Source: an uncultured Clostridia bacterium
GTDB lineage: Bacteria > Bacillota > Clostridia > TANB77 > CAG-508
Length of the DNA: 62,542 nt
Assembly: GCA_944392425.1 (NCBI GenBank)
Contig: CALXWM010000003.1
Coordinates: 1-62,542 of the forward strand
Reading direction: 5' to 3'
A program made the position numbers and the translations under genes. Numbering within the stretch: the first letter of the stretch is position 1; the number at the start of each line of letters is the position of its first letter. Shown here one piece after another: positions 45,784 to 56,478 of the stretch. A model generated the notes under the pieces. The model saw nothing but the letters and a program-made list of their open reading frames with translations. It was not told the origin of the DNA and did not search any database.

Positions 45784-47277
45784 ATGAATTTAAAAAATAT
45801 TATCGCAGGAATCGAAGGACTAAAAGCTAAAGGAGATTTAGATATTGAAGTAAACAATATAAGCACAGACTCTAGAAACATAAAACCTGGAGATATGTTT
45901 ATAGCAATAAAAGGATTTGACACAGATGGACACAAGTTTATACCAATGGCAATCCAAAACGGAGCAAAAGTTGTTTTAATTGACGAATCTGAACTAAAAG
46001 ATGTAATGCAAAACATACCACAAGATGTTGTGCTAATAACAGCACCAGATTCAAGAATTGCCAATGCATATGTGGCATGTAATTTCTATGACAATCCATC
46101 AAGAAAAATGCAAATTATAGGTGTTACAGGTACAAAAGGCAAAACAACAACAACTTTCATGATAAAATCAATCTTAGAAAAACAAGGAATAAAAACAGGT
46201 TTAATTGGTACTATTGCTGAATATTCAGGAAGTAGAAAAATAGAAGATAGTGATAGAACAACTCCAGACAGCATTGAATTGCAAAAATTATTTGCAGAAA
46301 TGCTAAAAGATGGTTGTGAAGCTTGTGTTATGGAAGTTTCATCACAAAGTTTAAAATTACATAGGGTTGATGGTACAGACTTTAATATAGGTATATTTAC
46401 AAACTTTTCAGAAGACCACATAAGCCCAAAAGAACATCCAAACATGGAAGATTACTTTAACTCAAAAGTTAAATTATTTGAAATGTGTAAATATGGATTT
46501 ATAAATGTTGATGATATAAATACAATTAGAGTACCAAGTTTAGCTCCAAATTGCATTTATAAAACATATGGTATAGACAATGAAAGCGATTTACTTGCAA
46601 AAGACATTACAATAACAAATTCATATGTAGATTTTAGAGTAAAAGTAAATGGAAAAAATGAAAGAATAAAAACAGACATACCTGGTAGATTCAGTGTTTA
46701 CAACAGTTTAGCTGCAATTTCAGTTGCAGAAAAATTAGGATGCTCAACAGAAAATATTAAATCAGCATTAGAAACAGTTAAAGTACCTGGCAGAAGTGAA
46801 CTTGTAGACAATAAGCTTGGATTAACTATTATGATAGATTATGCACACTCACCAGAAAGCTTAGAAAACATATTACAAGCTGTTAAATCATATACTAGAG
46901 GTAGAGTAATATCTGTTTTTGGATGTGGTGGAGATAGAGACAAAACTAAAAGACCTTTAATGGGTGCCATATCTGGAAAAATAGCAGCTTATACAATAAT
47001 AACTTCAGATAATCCAAGAACAGAAGATCCAGCAACAATTGTAAAAGAAATAGAAGAAGGAATGAAAAAGACAACTGGAAAATATGAATGTATAGTTGAT
47101 AGAACAGAGGCAATTAAAAAAGCTATAAAAATGGCAAACAAAAATGATATAATTGTTTTAGCTGGAAAAGGTCATGAAACATACCAAGAAATAAACCATG
47201 TAAAACATCATTATGATGAAAGAGAAATAGTAGCACAAATTATAGACGAAATGCAAGATAATGAATTAAAAAAATAG
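45784..47277 (+). CDS. murE: UDP-N-acetylmuramoyl-L-alanyl-D-glutamate--2,6-diaminopimelate ligase MurE
   Basis: P-loop GVTGTKGKTTT. The DNPR motif (TSDNPRTEDP) is characteristic of meso-DAP-adding MurE. Mur ligase domain order is present. Confidence 0.93.
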   Translation: MNLKNIIAGIEGLKAKGDLDIEVNNISTDSRNIKPGDMFIAIKGFDTDGHKFIPMAIQNGAKVVLIDESELKDVMQNIPQDVVLITAPDSRIANAYVACNFYDNPSRKMQIIGVTGTKGKTTTTFMIKSILEKQGIKTGLIGTIAEYSGSRKIEDSDRTTPDSIELQKLFAEMLKDGCEACVMEVSSQSLKLHRVDGTDFNIGIFTNFSEDHISPKEHPNMEDYFNSKVKLFEMCKYGFINVDDINTIRVPSLAPNCIYKTYGIDNESDLLAKDITITNSYVDFRVKVNGKNERIKTDIPGRFSVYNSLAAISVAEKLGCSTENIKSALETVKVPGRSELVDNKLGLTIMIDYAHSPESLENILQAVKSYTRGRVISVFGCGGDRDKTKRPLMGAISGKIAAYTIITSDNPRTEDPATIVKEIEEGMKKTTGKYECIVDRTEAIKKAIKMANKNDIIVLAGKGHETYQEINHVKHHYDEREIVAQIIDEMQDNELKK

Positions 47278-47397
47278 AGATAAATACTTAAAATAATAAT
47301 AAAAAAAGCTACAAATTTCGTGGCAATATAAAATAACAATAAATAAAAAATTAGACGTAGCACGTAAACGTTTTAAAACGCTTAGGGGGAAATACAA

Positions 47398-48375
47398 ATG
47401 AGTTTTCAAATAAAGATATTATTATTATCTTTTGCTGTGAGCACAATAATATCATTAATAGTAATACCAATACTTAGAAAATTAAAAGTAGGGCAATCTG
47501 AAAGAGAAGACGGACCAAAATCGCATTTAAAGAAAAAGGGAACTCCTACAATGGGAGGAATTATACTAATAATTACAATAGTTTTACTCAGTGCATTTTT
47601 ATATATAGACTATGCAACAGACGAACCGGAAATAGCAACAAGGCTACTTCCAATGGTCTTTGTTACAATAGGATTTGGACTTATAGGGTTTATAGATGAC
47701 TTTAAAAAAGTTGTGTTGCACAATACAGATGGATTAAGCCCAAAGTTAAAAATGCTAGGATTGCTAATTATAGCAATTGCATACGTTGTAATGCTAGTGT
47801 TTAATTTTGAAAATGGAACAGATATATATATACCATTTGTACATCAATATATAACACTGCCACTTTGGGTATATATACCATTTGCAGTATTAGTTATTTT
47901 AGCCACAACAAATGCAGTAAACTTAACAGATGGCATAGACGGATTGTCAACAAGTGTTACAACAATAATTCTTACATGCTTAACTGTAATTTCAATAATA
48001 TGGGATGTAAAAGAAACAACAATATTTGGATGTATAATAATAGGAGCAGGATTAGGTTTCTTACTATTTAATCTTCATCCAGCCCAAGTGTTTATGGGAG
48101 ATACAGGTTCGTTACTTCTTGGAGGAGCAATAGCAGGTATAGCTTTATACCTTAAATTACCTTTACTATTAATTATAATTGCTATAGTACCAGTAATAGA
48201 AACATTATCTGTAATTTTGCAAGTAGCATATTTCAAAAAAACTGGTAACAGACTATTTAAAATGTCACCAATACATCACCATTTTGAACTTTCTGGATGG
48301 AAAGAAAATAAAATAGTTTCAATATTCAGTTTAATTACATTAATAATGTGTATGGTGGGCATAATGGCAATTTAA
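47398..48375 (+). CDS. mraY: Phospho-N-acetylmuramoyl-pentapeptide transferase MraY
   Basis: PTMGG, GFIDDFKK, NAVNLTDGIDGL and PIHHHFE motifs. 10-TM profile. Confidence 0.96.
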   Translation: MSFQIKILLLSFAVSTIISLIVIPILRKLKVGQSEREDGPKSHLKKKGTPTMGGIILIITIVLLSAFLYIDYATDEPEIATRLLPMVFVTIGFGLIGFIDDFKKVVLHNTDGLSPKLKMLGLLIIAIAYVVMLVFNFENGTDIYIPFVHQYITLPLWVYIPFAVLVILATTNAVNLTDGIDGLSTSVTTIILTCLTVISIIWDVKETTIFGCIIIGAGLGFLLFNLHPAQVFMGDTGSLLLGGAIAGIALYLKLPLLLIIIAIVPVIETLSVILQVAYFKKTGNRLFKMSPIHHHFELSGWKENKIVSIFSLITLIMCMVGIMAI

Positions 48376-48472
48376 TTAAACTTAAGTAATTGATAAAATA
48401 AAGCTTGAATTTACAAGATAAATAATAAATTAAAATGGATGTAAATAATAAATTTAAAGGAATGATGAGTAA

Positions 48473-49672
48473 ATGCAAATGGCATCTAAAAAAGCTACTA
48501 AAAGAAAAAATAGCAACCAAAATGTTTCTAAAAGCAAAATTAATTTATCATCTTTAAAATCTGGTAATCGAGTAGATTTACCATTGTTAATTGTAGTCTT
48601 AATGCTTGTGGCATTAGGACTAGTAATGGTGCTTTCAGCAAGTAGCCCATCAGCTATTGCCGAATCTGGAAACTGGTATACATATTTTAGAACACAATGT
48701 ATTGCTGCGGTAATGGGATTAGTTTTTATGGTTATATTATCTAAAATAAACTATGATATATATAAACATTTCTACAAACTTATTTACATATTATCAGTAG
48801 CAATTTTATTCTTAGTTTTGCTACCAGTAATAGGCTCTGATGCAAATGGTGCAAGAAGATGGATAAATATAGGAATTGGTGTTCAACCATCAGAAATTAC
48901 CAAGATAGGTTTAATAATTTGGGTAGCAGGATATTATAGTGATCCAAACAATAAAATAGAAGGAATTTGGAAATCTTGTATAAAACCACTTGTAGCAGTA
49001 GGAATACCTATACTAATTCTACTTGTGGTACAAAATCACTTAAGTGCAGGTATAATCATTGGATTAGTTACAGTAATAATGATTATAATGAGTGGATGTA
49101 AACTTAGATATATGTTAGAAATTGCAGGAGGAGTTTTAGGAGCTTGTGCAATAGCTTTTCCTTTTGTTAAAGATAAATTAATGAGTAGCTTTAGATCAGA
49201 CAGAATTATGGCTTGGCTAGATCCATGGGCGAATACAAGTGGAACATCTTATCAAACAGTTCAAGGATTATATGCAATAGGCTCAGGAGGACTATTTGGA
49301 GTAGGCTTAGGAGAAAGTACTCAAAAATATTTATACATACCAGAAGCACATAATGACTTCATATTTGCAATACTTGCAGAAGAACTTGGATTTGTAGGAT
49401 GTGCTGTAGTTCTTGCATTATTTACAGTTTTAATAGTAAGAGGAGTTCTTATAGCAATAAGAGCAAAAGATAGTTTCGGAAGTTTGATTGCAGTAGGAAT
49501 AACAGCTTTAATTGCAATACAAGTAATATTAAACATTGCGGTTGTAACAAACTCAATACCAAATACAGGTATATCACTTCCTTTCTTAAGTTATGGAGGA
49601 AGTTCACTAGTTATATTGTTATCTGCAATGGGAATACTAATGAATATATCAAGGTCAGCGAAAAAAATATAG
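48473..49672 (+). CDS. ftsW: SEDS-family peptidoglycan glycosyltransferase FtsW/SpoVE
   Basis: Polytopic. GARRWI, QPSE..K, PEAHNDFIFA and LPFLSYGGSS motifs. Located between mraY and murG. Confidence 0.9.
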   Translation: MQMASKKATKRKNSNQNVSKSKINLSSLKSGNRVDLPLLIVVLMLVALGLVMVLSASSPSAIAESGNWYTYFRTQCIAAVMGLVFMVILSKINYDIYKHFYKLIYILSVAILFLVLLPVIGSDANGARRWINIGIGVQPSEITKIGLIIWVAGYYSDPNNKIEGIWKSCIKPLVAVGIPILILLVVQNHLSAGIIIGLVTVIMIIMSGCKLRYMLEIAGGVLGACAIAFPFVKDKLMSSFRSDRIMAWLDPWANTSGTSYQTVQGLYAIGSGGLFGVGLGESTQKYLYIPEAHNDFIFAILAEELGFVGCAVVLALFTVLIVRGVLIAIRAKDSFGSLIAVGITALIAIQVILNIAVVTNSIPNTGISLPFLSYGGSSLVILLSAMGILMNISRSAKKI

Positions 49673-49680
49673 GAGGCTTT

Positions 49681-50787
49681 ATGAAAGTTGTAATAGCTGC
49701 AGCTGGAACAGGAGGACATATTAATCCTGGCATAGCAATTGCCAATAAAATAATGAAAGAAGAACCAAATTCTAAGATAATATTTATAGGAACAAAAAGG
49801 GGACTAGAAACAAACTTAGTTCCAAGAGCAGGTTATGAACTAAAAACAATAGATTCATATGGAATCTCTAGAGAACTAAGCTTAAAAAATGTAAAAAGAT
49901 TAGCAAAAACTATCCATTCTATTGCTGAGGCAAAAAACATACTTAAAAGTTTTGAACCAGACTTAGTAATTGGTACAGGTGGATATATTTGTATATCAGT
50001 TTGCATAGCTGCTAAAAAACTAAAAATACCTTACATAATTCATGAAAGCAATGTACTTCCAGGTGTGGCTACTAAAATGCTTTCAAAAAATGCTAAAAAA
50101 ATTCTAGTAGGATTTAAAGAAGCAGAAAATAGATTACCAAAAGCAAAAAAAATTGTTTGCACAGGCACACCTACAAAGGTAAAGAAAATAAATTTGAGTC
50201 AAACTGAAATAGATAACAAAAAACAAGAATTAGGATTCACTAAAGAAAAACCACTAGTATTAGTATTTGGCGGAAGTCAAGGTGCTCAAAGCATAAACAT
50301 AAGCATGACAGATATTATAAAAAATAAACTAAATAAAAATTACCAAATAATTTGGTCTGCAGGACCAGAGCAATATGAGAAAGTAAAAGAAGATTTACAA
50401 AAAGAAAAATTAGACATAGATAAATTGAGTGGTATAAAAGTAATGCCATACATATATAATATGGAAGAAATAATGAATATAGCAGATTTAATCGTTTCAA
50501 GAAGTGGAGCAATGACAGTTACAGAAATAGAAAATGTGGGTAAACCAGCCATATTTATACCATTTCCATTTGCAGCAGAAAATCATCAAGAATATAATGC
50601 AAGAGTACTAGAAAAACAAAATTCTGCAAAGGTAATACTAGACAAAGACTTGACAGCAGAAATTTTAAATGCTACAATAACAAAATTGGCGAAAGATAGA
50701 AAGCTACTAGAACAAATGGGCGAAAATGCTCACAAACTATTTTCAAAAAATGTAGAAGATAAAATTTATAATGAATTAATAAAATAA
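49681..50787 (+). CDS. murG: UDP-N-acetylglucosamine--N-acetylmuramyl-(pentapeptide) pyrophosphoryl-undecaprenol GlcNAc transferase MurG
   Basis: AAGTGGHINPGIAIA N-terminal motif, GGSQGA, SRSGAMTVTE. Confidence 0.95.
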   Translation: MKVVIAAAGTGGHINPGIAIANKIMKEEPNSKIIFIGTKRGLETNLVPRAGYELKTIDSYGISRELSLKNVKRLAKTIHSIAEAKNILKSFEPDLVIGTGGYICISVCIAAKKLKIPYIIHESNVLPGVATKMLSKNAKKILVGFKEAENRLPKAKKIVCTGTPTKVKKINLSQTEIDNKKQELGFTKEKPLVLVFGGSQGAQSINISMTDIIKNKLNKNYQIIWSAGPEQYEKVKEDLQKEKLDIDKLSGIKVMPYIYNMEEIMNIADLIVSRSGAMTVTEIENVGKPAIFIPFPFAAENHQEYNARVLEKQNSAKVILDKDLTAEILNATITKLAKDRKLLEQMGENAHKLFSKNVEDKIYNELIK

Positions 50788-50788
50788 T

Positions 50789-50870
50789 GTTACAATTCAC
50801 AGCTAGTTTTGTTTATATAAAAGCTTCAGAATATATATTGTAGCTTTCTAAAAAATACTGTGAATTCTAA
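50789..50870. repeat. Palindromic MITE/REP-like intergenic element, copy B
   Basis: gttacaattcacagc (50789-50803) and ctgtgaattctaa (50858-50870). The inner aaagcttcagaatatatattgtagcttt is the inverted counterpart of the copy A core. Confidence 0.7.
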
Positions 50871-50892
50871 AAAACAATGAGAGGATTTTAAA

Positions 50893-52938
50893 ATGGCAGA
50901 TAAATTAATAATAGTGGAATCTCCCTCAAAAGCAAATACAATAAAAAAGTTCTTAGGAAGCAATGTAAAAGTAGTTGCTTCTATGGGACATGTTAGAGAT
51001 TTGCCTAAATCAAAGTTAGGAGTAGATGTTGAACACGATTTTGAACCTCAATATATTAATATTAGAGGAAAAGCAAATTTAATAAATAGTTTGAAAAAGG
51101 ACGCTAAAAATGCAAAAATGGTTTATCTAGCAACCGACCCTGACCGTGAAGGTGAAGCAATTGCGTGGCATTTAGCGTATCTTTTAGGCATACCAGAAGA
51201 TGCGGTTTGCAGAGTTACATTCAATGAAATTACAAAAGAAACTGTAAAAGAATCAATGAAAAAACCTAGAAAAATAGATATGAACTTAACAGATGCACAG
51301 CAAGCAAGACGTGTACTAGACAGGATAGTAGGTTACAAAATAAGCCCAATTCTTTGGAAAAAAGTAAAAAGAGGATTATCAGCAGGTAGAGTTCAATCAG
51401 TTGCAGTAAAACTTATAGTAGATAGGGAAAATGAAATAGAAAGTTTTGTGCCAGAAGAATATTGGAACATTTTAGCTACACTTTCAAAAAATAATGACAA
51501 ATTTATAGCAAGATTTTACGGAAAAGATGGAAAAAAAATAGAACTTCATAAAAAAGAAGAAGTAGACGAAATTTTGCAAAACTTAAAAAATGCAAAATAC
51601 ATTGTAACAGATGTAAAAAAAGGAGAAAAGAAAAGAACACCAGCACCACCATTTACAACAAGTACAATGCAACAAGAAGCTTCGAGAAAATTAAGTTTTC
51701 CAATTAGAAAAACTATGCAAATTGCACAAGGACTTTATGAAGGTGTAAAAGTTGCTGAAAGAGGCACAGTTGGTCTAATAACTTACATGAGAACAGACTC
51801 AACAAGAATTTCAGAAGAAGCAAGAAACTCTGCAAAAGTGCATATTACAAATAAATATGGTGCAAACTATTACGAAAATAGATATTATAGAACAAAAGCA
51901 GGTGCTCAAGATGCACATGAAGGTATAAGACCAACATATGTAGACTTGGAACCAGAAAAAATAAAAGATTCATTAACTGCAGACCAATACAAATTGTATA
52001 GATTAATATACAATAGATTTATAGCAAGCCAAATGGCACCAGCAGTATATGACACAATATCTGCAAATATAGATGCAAACAAATATAACTTTAGAGCTAG
52101 TGGACAAACTTTAAAGTTCAAAGGATTTATGACACTATATGTAGAAGACAGAGATGATGCCAAGAATGAAGATGAAGAAACTCATATGCCAGACTTAAGC
52201 ATAGGTGAAGAAGTTAAAAAAGAAAAATTAGATGCAAAGCAAAGTTTTACAGAACCACCACCAAGATATACAGAAGCAAGCCTAGTTAAAGCATTAGAAG
52301 AAAAAGGAATAGGAAGACCAAGTACTTATGCTACAATAATATCAACTATATTGGATAGAAGATATGTTCAAAAAGAACAAAAGCAACTTGTGCCAACAGA
52401 CTTGGGAAAAGTTGTAAATAAGCTTTTAGTAGAAAATTTTAGTGATATAATAAATGTAGAATTTACAGCAGATATAGAAAATCAATTTGATGAAATTGCA
52501 GAAGGAAAAGAACCTTGGAAACAAGTTATAAGAGAGTTTTACACACCTTTTGAACAAGAAGTGGAAAAGGTAGACAAAGAATTGGAACATGTGAAGTTAG
52601 AAGAAGAAGTTACAGACATTCCATGTGAAAAATGTGGAAGAATGATGGTTGTGAAATACGGAAAATATGGAAAATTCTTAGCTTGTCCAGGTTACCCAGA
52701 ATGTAAAAACGTTAAGCCTTTTGTAGAAAAAATAGATGTACCTTGCCCAGTATGTGGAGGAGAAGTACATGTAAGAAAAACAAAAAGAGGCAAAAAATAT
52801 TATATTTGTGAGAATAATCCAAAATCTTGCAACTATATATCTTGGAATAAACCAAAACCAGGAGAAAAGTGGGAGCCAGAACAACAGAAAACAAAAAATA
52901 CTTCAAAAACAACATCGACATCAAAAGCAAAAAAATAA
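50893..52938 (+). CDS. topA: DNA topoisomerase I
   Basis: Toprim LIIVESPSKA and DPDREGE. Active-site region LITYMRTDS. C-terminal zinc ribbons CEKCG...CPGYPEC and CPVCGG...C. Confidence 0.96.
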   Translation: MADKLIIVESPSKANTIKKFLGSNVKVVASMGHVRDLPKSKLGVDVEHDFEPQYINIRGKANLINSLKKDAKNAKMVYLATDPDREGEAIAWHLAYLLGIPEDAVCRVTFNEITKETVKESMKKPRKIDMNLTDAQQARRVLDRIVGYKISPILWKKVKRGLSAGRVQSVAVKLIVDRENEIESFVPEEYWNILATLSKNNDKFIARFYGKDGKKIELHKKEEVDEILQNLKNAKYIVTDVKKGEKKRTPAPPFTTSTMQQEASRKLSFPIRKTMQIAQGLYEGVKVAERGTVGLITYMRTDSTRISEEARNSAKVHITNKYGANYYENRYYRTKAGAQDAHEGIRPTYVDLEPEKIKDSLTADQYKLYRLIYNRFIASQMAPAVYDTISANIDANKYNFRASGQTLKFKGFMTLYVEDRDDAKNEDEETHMPDLSIGEEVKKEKLDAKQSFTEPPPRYTEASLVKALEEKGIGRPSTYATIISTILDRRYVQKEQKQLVPTDLGKVVNKLLVENFSDIINVEFTADIENQFDEIAEGKEPWKQVIREFYTPFEQEVEKVDKELEHVKLEEEVTDIPCEKCGRMMVVKYGKYGKFLACPGYPECKNVKPFVEKIDVPCPVCGGEVHVRKTKRGKKYYICENNPKSCNYISWNKPKPGEKWEPEQQKTKNTSKTTSTSKAKK

Positions 52939-53057
52939 CTAAATAAATGTTAGAAATTAAATTTATAAAAAAAGTATCAATAAAAACAAAAAATCTGGTA
53001 TAATTTTGATATATATTTTTTTAATTGTGATTTAAACCACAAGAAAGAGAGGAACAA

Positions 53058-53702
53058 ATGAAACAAAATGAAAAAGGTTCTGTAACAATGGTAGTTGTCG
53101 TTACAATATTCTTTATAGTCATACTACTTTCAAGTTTCTTTATTTATACTACATCAAGAAGACGTGCACAGCTAGAAGAAACACAAAGAATTGCAAATGC
53201 ATATGATGGAGATATGAACGCGATATATGCAGAAATAAGCGATAGATATGAAGAAACCAGTTTGTTTAGCTTTGACGAAACAACTAGTGGAATAAGTTTA
53301 TATAGTTTAGAAGAAAACGTAGATGAAAACGGTGATGAACTTACAACACTAACAATTCCAAGCGAATATGATGGTAATCCAGTAACTACTATTTCAGCAT
53401 CAGCATTTAAAGGTTGTTCTTCTTTAGAAAGCATAACAATACCAGCAAGCGTTCAGACTATTGGTGATGAAGCTTTTGGCGATTGGACAGAAAATCAAAC
53501 TATATATATTGAAGGTAAAGCGAGCATAGCTGATTTTGAAAGCTTAGGACAAAATTGTTTTGGAAATGCAAAAGTAGAATTTTTGGGAACACAAAATACG
53601 GATGAGAAAAATCAAAACTTAAATAATGTTGATGAAACAAATTTTAATAACGAAAACGCTGAAGAACATGTAAATACAAATGAAACAGAAAATATAAATT
53701 AA
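53058..53702 (+). CDS. Membrane-anchored BspA-type leucine-rich-repeat protein
   Basis: N-terminal TM. LTIPSEYDGNPVTTISASAFKGCSSLESITIPASVQTIGDEAFG matches the LRR_5 (BspA-like) pattern. Extended -10 TGgTATAAT at 52996-53004 upstream. Confidence 0.65.
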   Translation: MKQNEKGSVTMVVVVTIFFIVILLSSFFIYTTSRRRAQLEETQRIANAYDGDMNAIYAEISDRYEETSLFSFDETTSGISLYSLEENVDENGDELTTLTIPSEYDGNPVTTISASAFKGCSSLESITIPASVQTIGDEAFGDWTENQTIYIEGKASIADFESLGQNCFGNAKVEFLGTQNTDEKNQNLNNVDETNFNNENAEEHVNTNETENIN

Positions 53703-53775
53703 AATTATATTAGCATTAAAATGGTTTTGAAACAAAGAGTTTAATACATAAATTTAAAAGAATAGAGGTAAGAAA

Positions 53776-54063
53776 ATGACGGTTAGTAAAGAAGAATTAT
53801 TACACATTGCAAATTTAGCAGACTTAAAAATAAAAGATGAAGAAGTAGACAAATACTTAAACAATTTGCAAGACATATTAAATTATACTGAATTATTAAA
53901 TTCAATAGACTTAAAAGATTTAGATGAAACAATAGGTGCAAATGATAGCTCAGATGTATTTAGAAAAGATGAAATAATTGATTTTGATAACAAAGAAGGC
54001 ATAATGGAAAATGCACCAGAAAAAGAAAGAAATATGTTCAAAATACCAAAAGTTTTAAATTAA
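53776..54063 (+). CDS. gatC: Asp/Glu-tRNA(Asn/Gln) amidotransferase subunit C
   Basis: 95 aa. HIANLADLKI.DEE....L..IL.Y...L pattern. Confidence 0.88.
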   Translation: MTVSKEELLHIANLADLKIKDEEVDKYLNNLQDILNYTELLNSIDLKDLDETIGANDSSDVFRKDEIIDFDNKEGIMENAPEKERNMFKIPKVLN

Positions 54064-54162
54064 AAAATCACCAAAGAAAATAGATTATTAAACTAAAAAT
54101 AAATATCTTAAAAGTTATTTAATGGTATTTAAATTAACTAATGCGAAAGGAAATGTAGTAAT

Positions 54163-54840
54163 ATGGGAAAGTTATTTGTTATTGATGGGACAGATGGAAG
54201 CGGAAAACAAACTCAATCAAATCTTTTAAAGGAAAGATTAAAAAAAGACGGAATAGACTTTAAATCAGTTAGCTTTCCTAATTATGATAGTCCATCATCA
54301 ACATTAGTTAAGATGTATTTAGAAGGAGACTTTGGAGAAAATCAAAAAGATGTAAGTCCATACATAGCCTCTACTTTTTACGCAGCAGATAGATATGCAA
54401 CATATAAAAAAGATTTTGAAGAATATTATAACAACGGTGGAATAATAATAGCAGATAGATATACGACATCAAATATGATACACCAGGCTGGAATAATAAA
54501 AGATAAGCAAGAAAGAGAAAAATTCTTGAAATGGTTGTGGGATTTTGAATTTAATTTATATGGATTACCAATCCCAACAGAAGTTATATTTTTAAATATG
54601 CCACCAGATTATACTGAGAAATTAATACAAGATAGAGAAAATAAAATAACACATGAAAAGCAAAAGGATATAATAGAAAAAAACAAGCAAAATACTATTG
54701 ATGCTTATAATAATGCACTAGAACTTGTAAAAAAATATAATTGGTATGAAATAAAATGTGTTAAAGATGACAAAATAAGAACAATAGAAGATATTAATGA
54801 TGAAATATATGAATTGGTAAAGAAAAAAATTAATTCATAA
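54163..54840 (+). CDS. tmk: Thymidylate kinase-family protein
   Basis: P-loop FVIDGTDGSGKQTQ. DRY motif context (YAADRY). Lid-region size typical of dTMP kinases. Confidence 0.75.
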   Translation: MGKLFVIDGTDGSGKQTQSNLLKERLKKDGIDFKSVSFPNYDSPSSTLVKMYLEGDFGENQKDVSPYIASTFYAADRYATYKKDFEEYYNNGGIIIADRYTTSNMIHQAGIIKDKQEREKFLKWLWDFEFNLYGLPIPTEVIFLNMPPDYTEKLIQDRENKITHEKQKDIIEKNKQNTIDAYNNALELVKKYNWYEIKCVKDDKIRTIEDINDEIYELVKKKINS

Positions 54841-54922
54841 AATAAAAATTATAATTGGTTTGAAATAATTAAAATGCTTGCTAGGCAAAATTATAAAAAG
54901 CTAGAAGAAAGGAAATAAGCAA

Positions 54923-56470
54923 ATGGACAATATTACAAATCTTACAGTACACGAGTTAGTAGAAAAACTTAAATCAAATGAGTTAACATCAGAAGAAATA
55001 ACTAAGGCTTACATAGACAGAATAAATGATAAAGAAAAAGATGTAGGTGCATTTGTAACACTTACAACAGATGATGCTGAAAAAAAGGCAGCCGAAATAG
55101 ATAAGAAAAGAAATGCAAATGCCCAAATGCATAAGGAAGATACAAAAGCTAATGTGGAATCTCAAGCAAATAGTGAAAATCCTGTTTGTAATGATGAGCT
55201 TTCAGAGTTTGCAGGAATTCCAATAGGAATAAAGGACAACCTATGCACAAAAGGTGTTAAAACAACTTGCAGTTCAAAAATGCTTGAAAACTTTGTATCA
55301 CCTTATGATGCAACAGTTGTAGAAAAACTAAATAAAGAAGGGATAATAAGCCTTGGAAAACTAAACATGGATGAATTCGCAATGGGTAGCTCAACAGAAA
55401 ACTCTGCTATAAAAATTACTCACAATCCTTGGGATTTAAATAGAGTTCCAGGTGGTTCATCGGGTGGTTCAGCTGCGGCAGTTGCTGGAGATTTAGTACC
55501 ATGGGCATTAGGAAGTGATACTGGTGGTTCAATTCGTGAGCCAGCAGCATTCTGTGGAGTAGTAGGATTAAAGCCAACTTATGGACTAGTTTCAAGATAT
55601 GGTCTAGTAGCATTTGCATCATCACTTGACCAAGTAGGACCAATAACTAAAGATGTAAAAGATTGTGCAATGCTTTTAAATATAATAGCAGGACATGATG
55701 AAAAAGATAGTACATCATATAATGTTGAGAAAAAAGATTATACAAAAAATCTAGAAAAAGGTTTAACTGGAATAAAAATTGGTGTACCTAAAGAATTCTT
55801 TGGAGAAGGAATAAACATAGAGGTAAAAGAACAGTTAGAAAAAGCAATAGAAACATATAAAAAGTTAGGAGCTACAGTAGAAGAAACAACACTAAATGTA
55901 GCAAAAGCATCACTTGCAGCTTATTATATTATTGCTTGTGCAGAGGCAAGTTCAAACTTAGGTAGATTTGACGGAATAAGATATGGTTATAGAGCAAAAG
56001 ACTATACAACATTAAAAGAATTATATGTAAATTCAAGAACAGAAGGATTTGGAAACGAAGTAAAAAGAAGAATAATACTTGGAACTTATGTGTTATCTTC
56101 AGGATATTATGATGCTTACTATAAAAAAGCACAAAAGGTAAGAACGTATGTAAAAAATGAATTTAATAAAGCATTTAGTAAATATGATGTTTTACTTACT
56201 CCTGTATCTCCATCAACAGCATTTAAGATAGGAGAAAAATGCAATAATCCACTAGAAATGTACTTAGCAGATATATGTACAGTATCTATAAATATTGCAA
56301 GCGTTCCTGCAATATCACTTCCATGTGGAGTAGATAGTAATGGAATGCCAGTAGGAATGCAATTAATAGGAAATAGATTTGAAGAAGAAAAGATACTAAA
56401 TGTTGCATATAAATTTGAACAAGAAATCAAGTTTAGAGAAAATCATAAACCTTCATTTAAAAATAAGTAG
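54923..56470 (+). CDS. gatA: Asp/Glu-tRNA(Asn/Gln) amidotransferase subunit A
   Basis: Amidase signature [12 protein letters not shown] and [12 protein letters not shown]; IPIGIKDN. Carries about 25 extra residues ([25 protein letters not shown]) before the IKDN block. Confidence 0.95.
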   Translation: MDNITNLTVHELVEKLKSNELTSEEITKAYIDRINDKEKDVGAFVTLTTDDAEKKAAEIDKKRNANAQMHKEDTKANVESQANSENPVCNDELSEFAGIPIGIKDNLCTKGVKTTCSSKMLENFVSPYDATVVEKLNKEGIISLGKLNMDEFAMGSSTENSAIKITHNPWDLNRVPGGSSGGSAAAVAGDLVPWALGSDTGGSIREPAAFCGVVGLKPTYGLVSRYGLVAFASSLDQVGPITKDVKDCAMLLNIIAGHDEKDSTSYNVEKKDYTKNLEKGLTGIKIGVPKEFFGEGINIEVKEQLEKAIETYKKLGATVEETTLNVAKASLAAYYIIACAEASSNLGRFDGIRYGYRAKDYTTLKELYVNSRTEGFGNEVKRRIILGTYVLSSGYYDAYYKKAQKVRTYVKNEFNKAFSKYDVLLTPVSPSTAFKIGEKCNNPLEMYLADICTVSINIASVPAISLPCGVDSNGMPVGMQLIGNRFEEEKILNVAYKFEQEIKFRENHKPSFKNK

Positions 56471-56478
56471 GAGGAGCA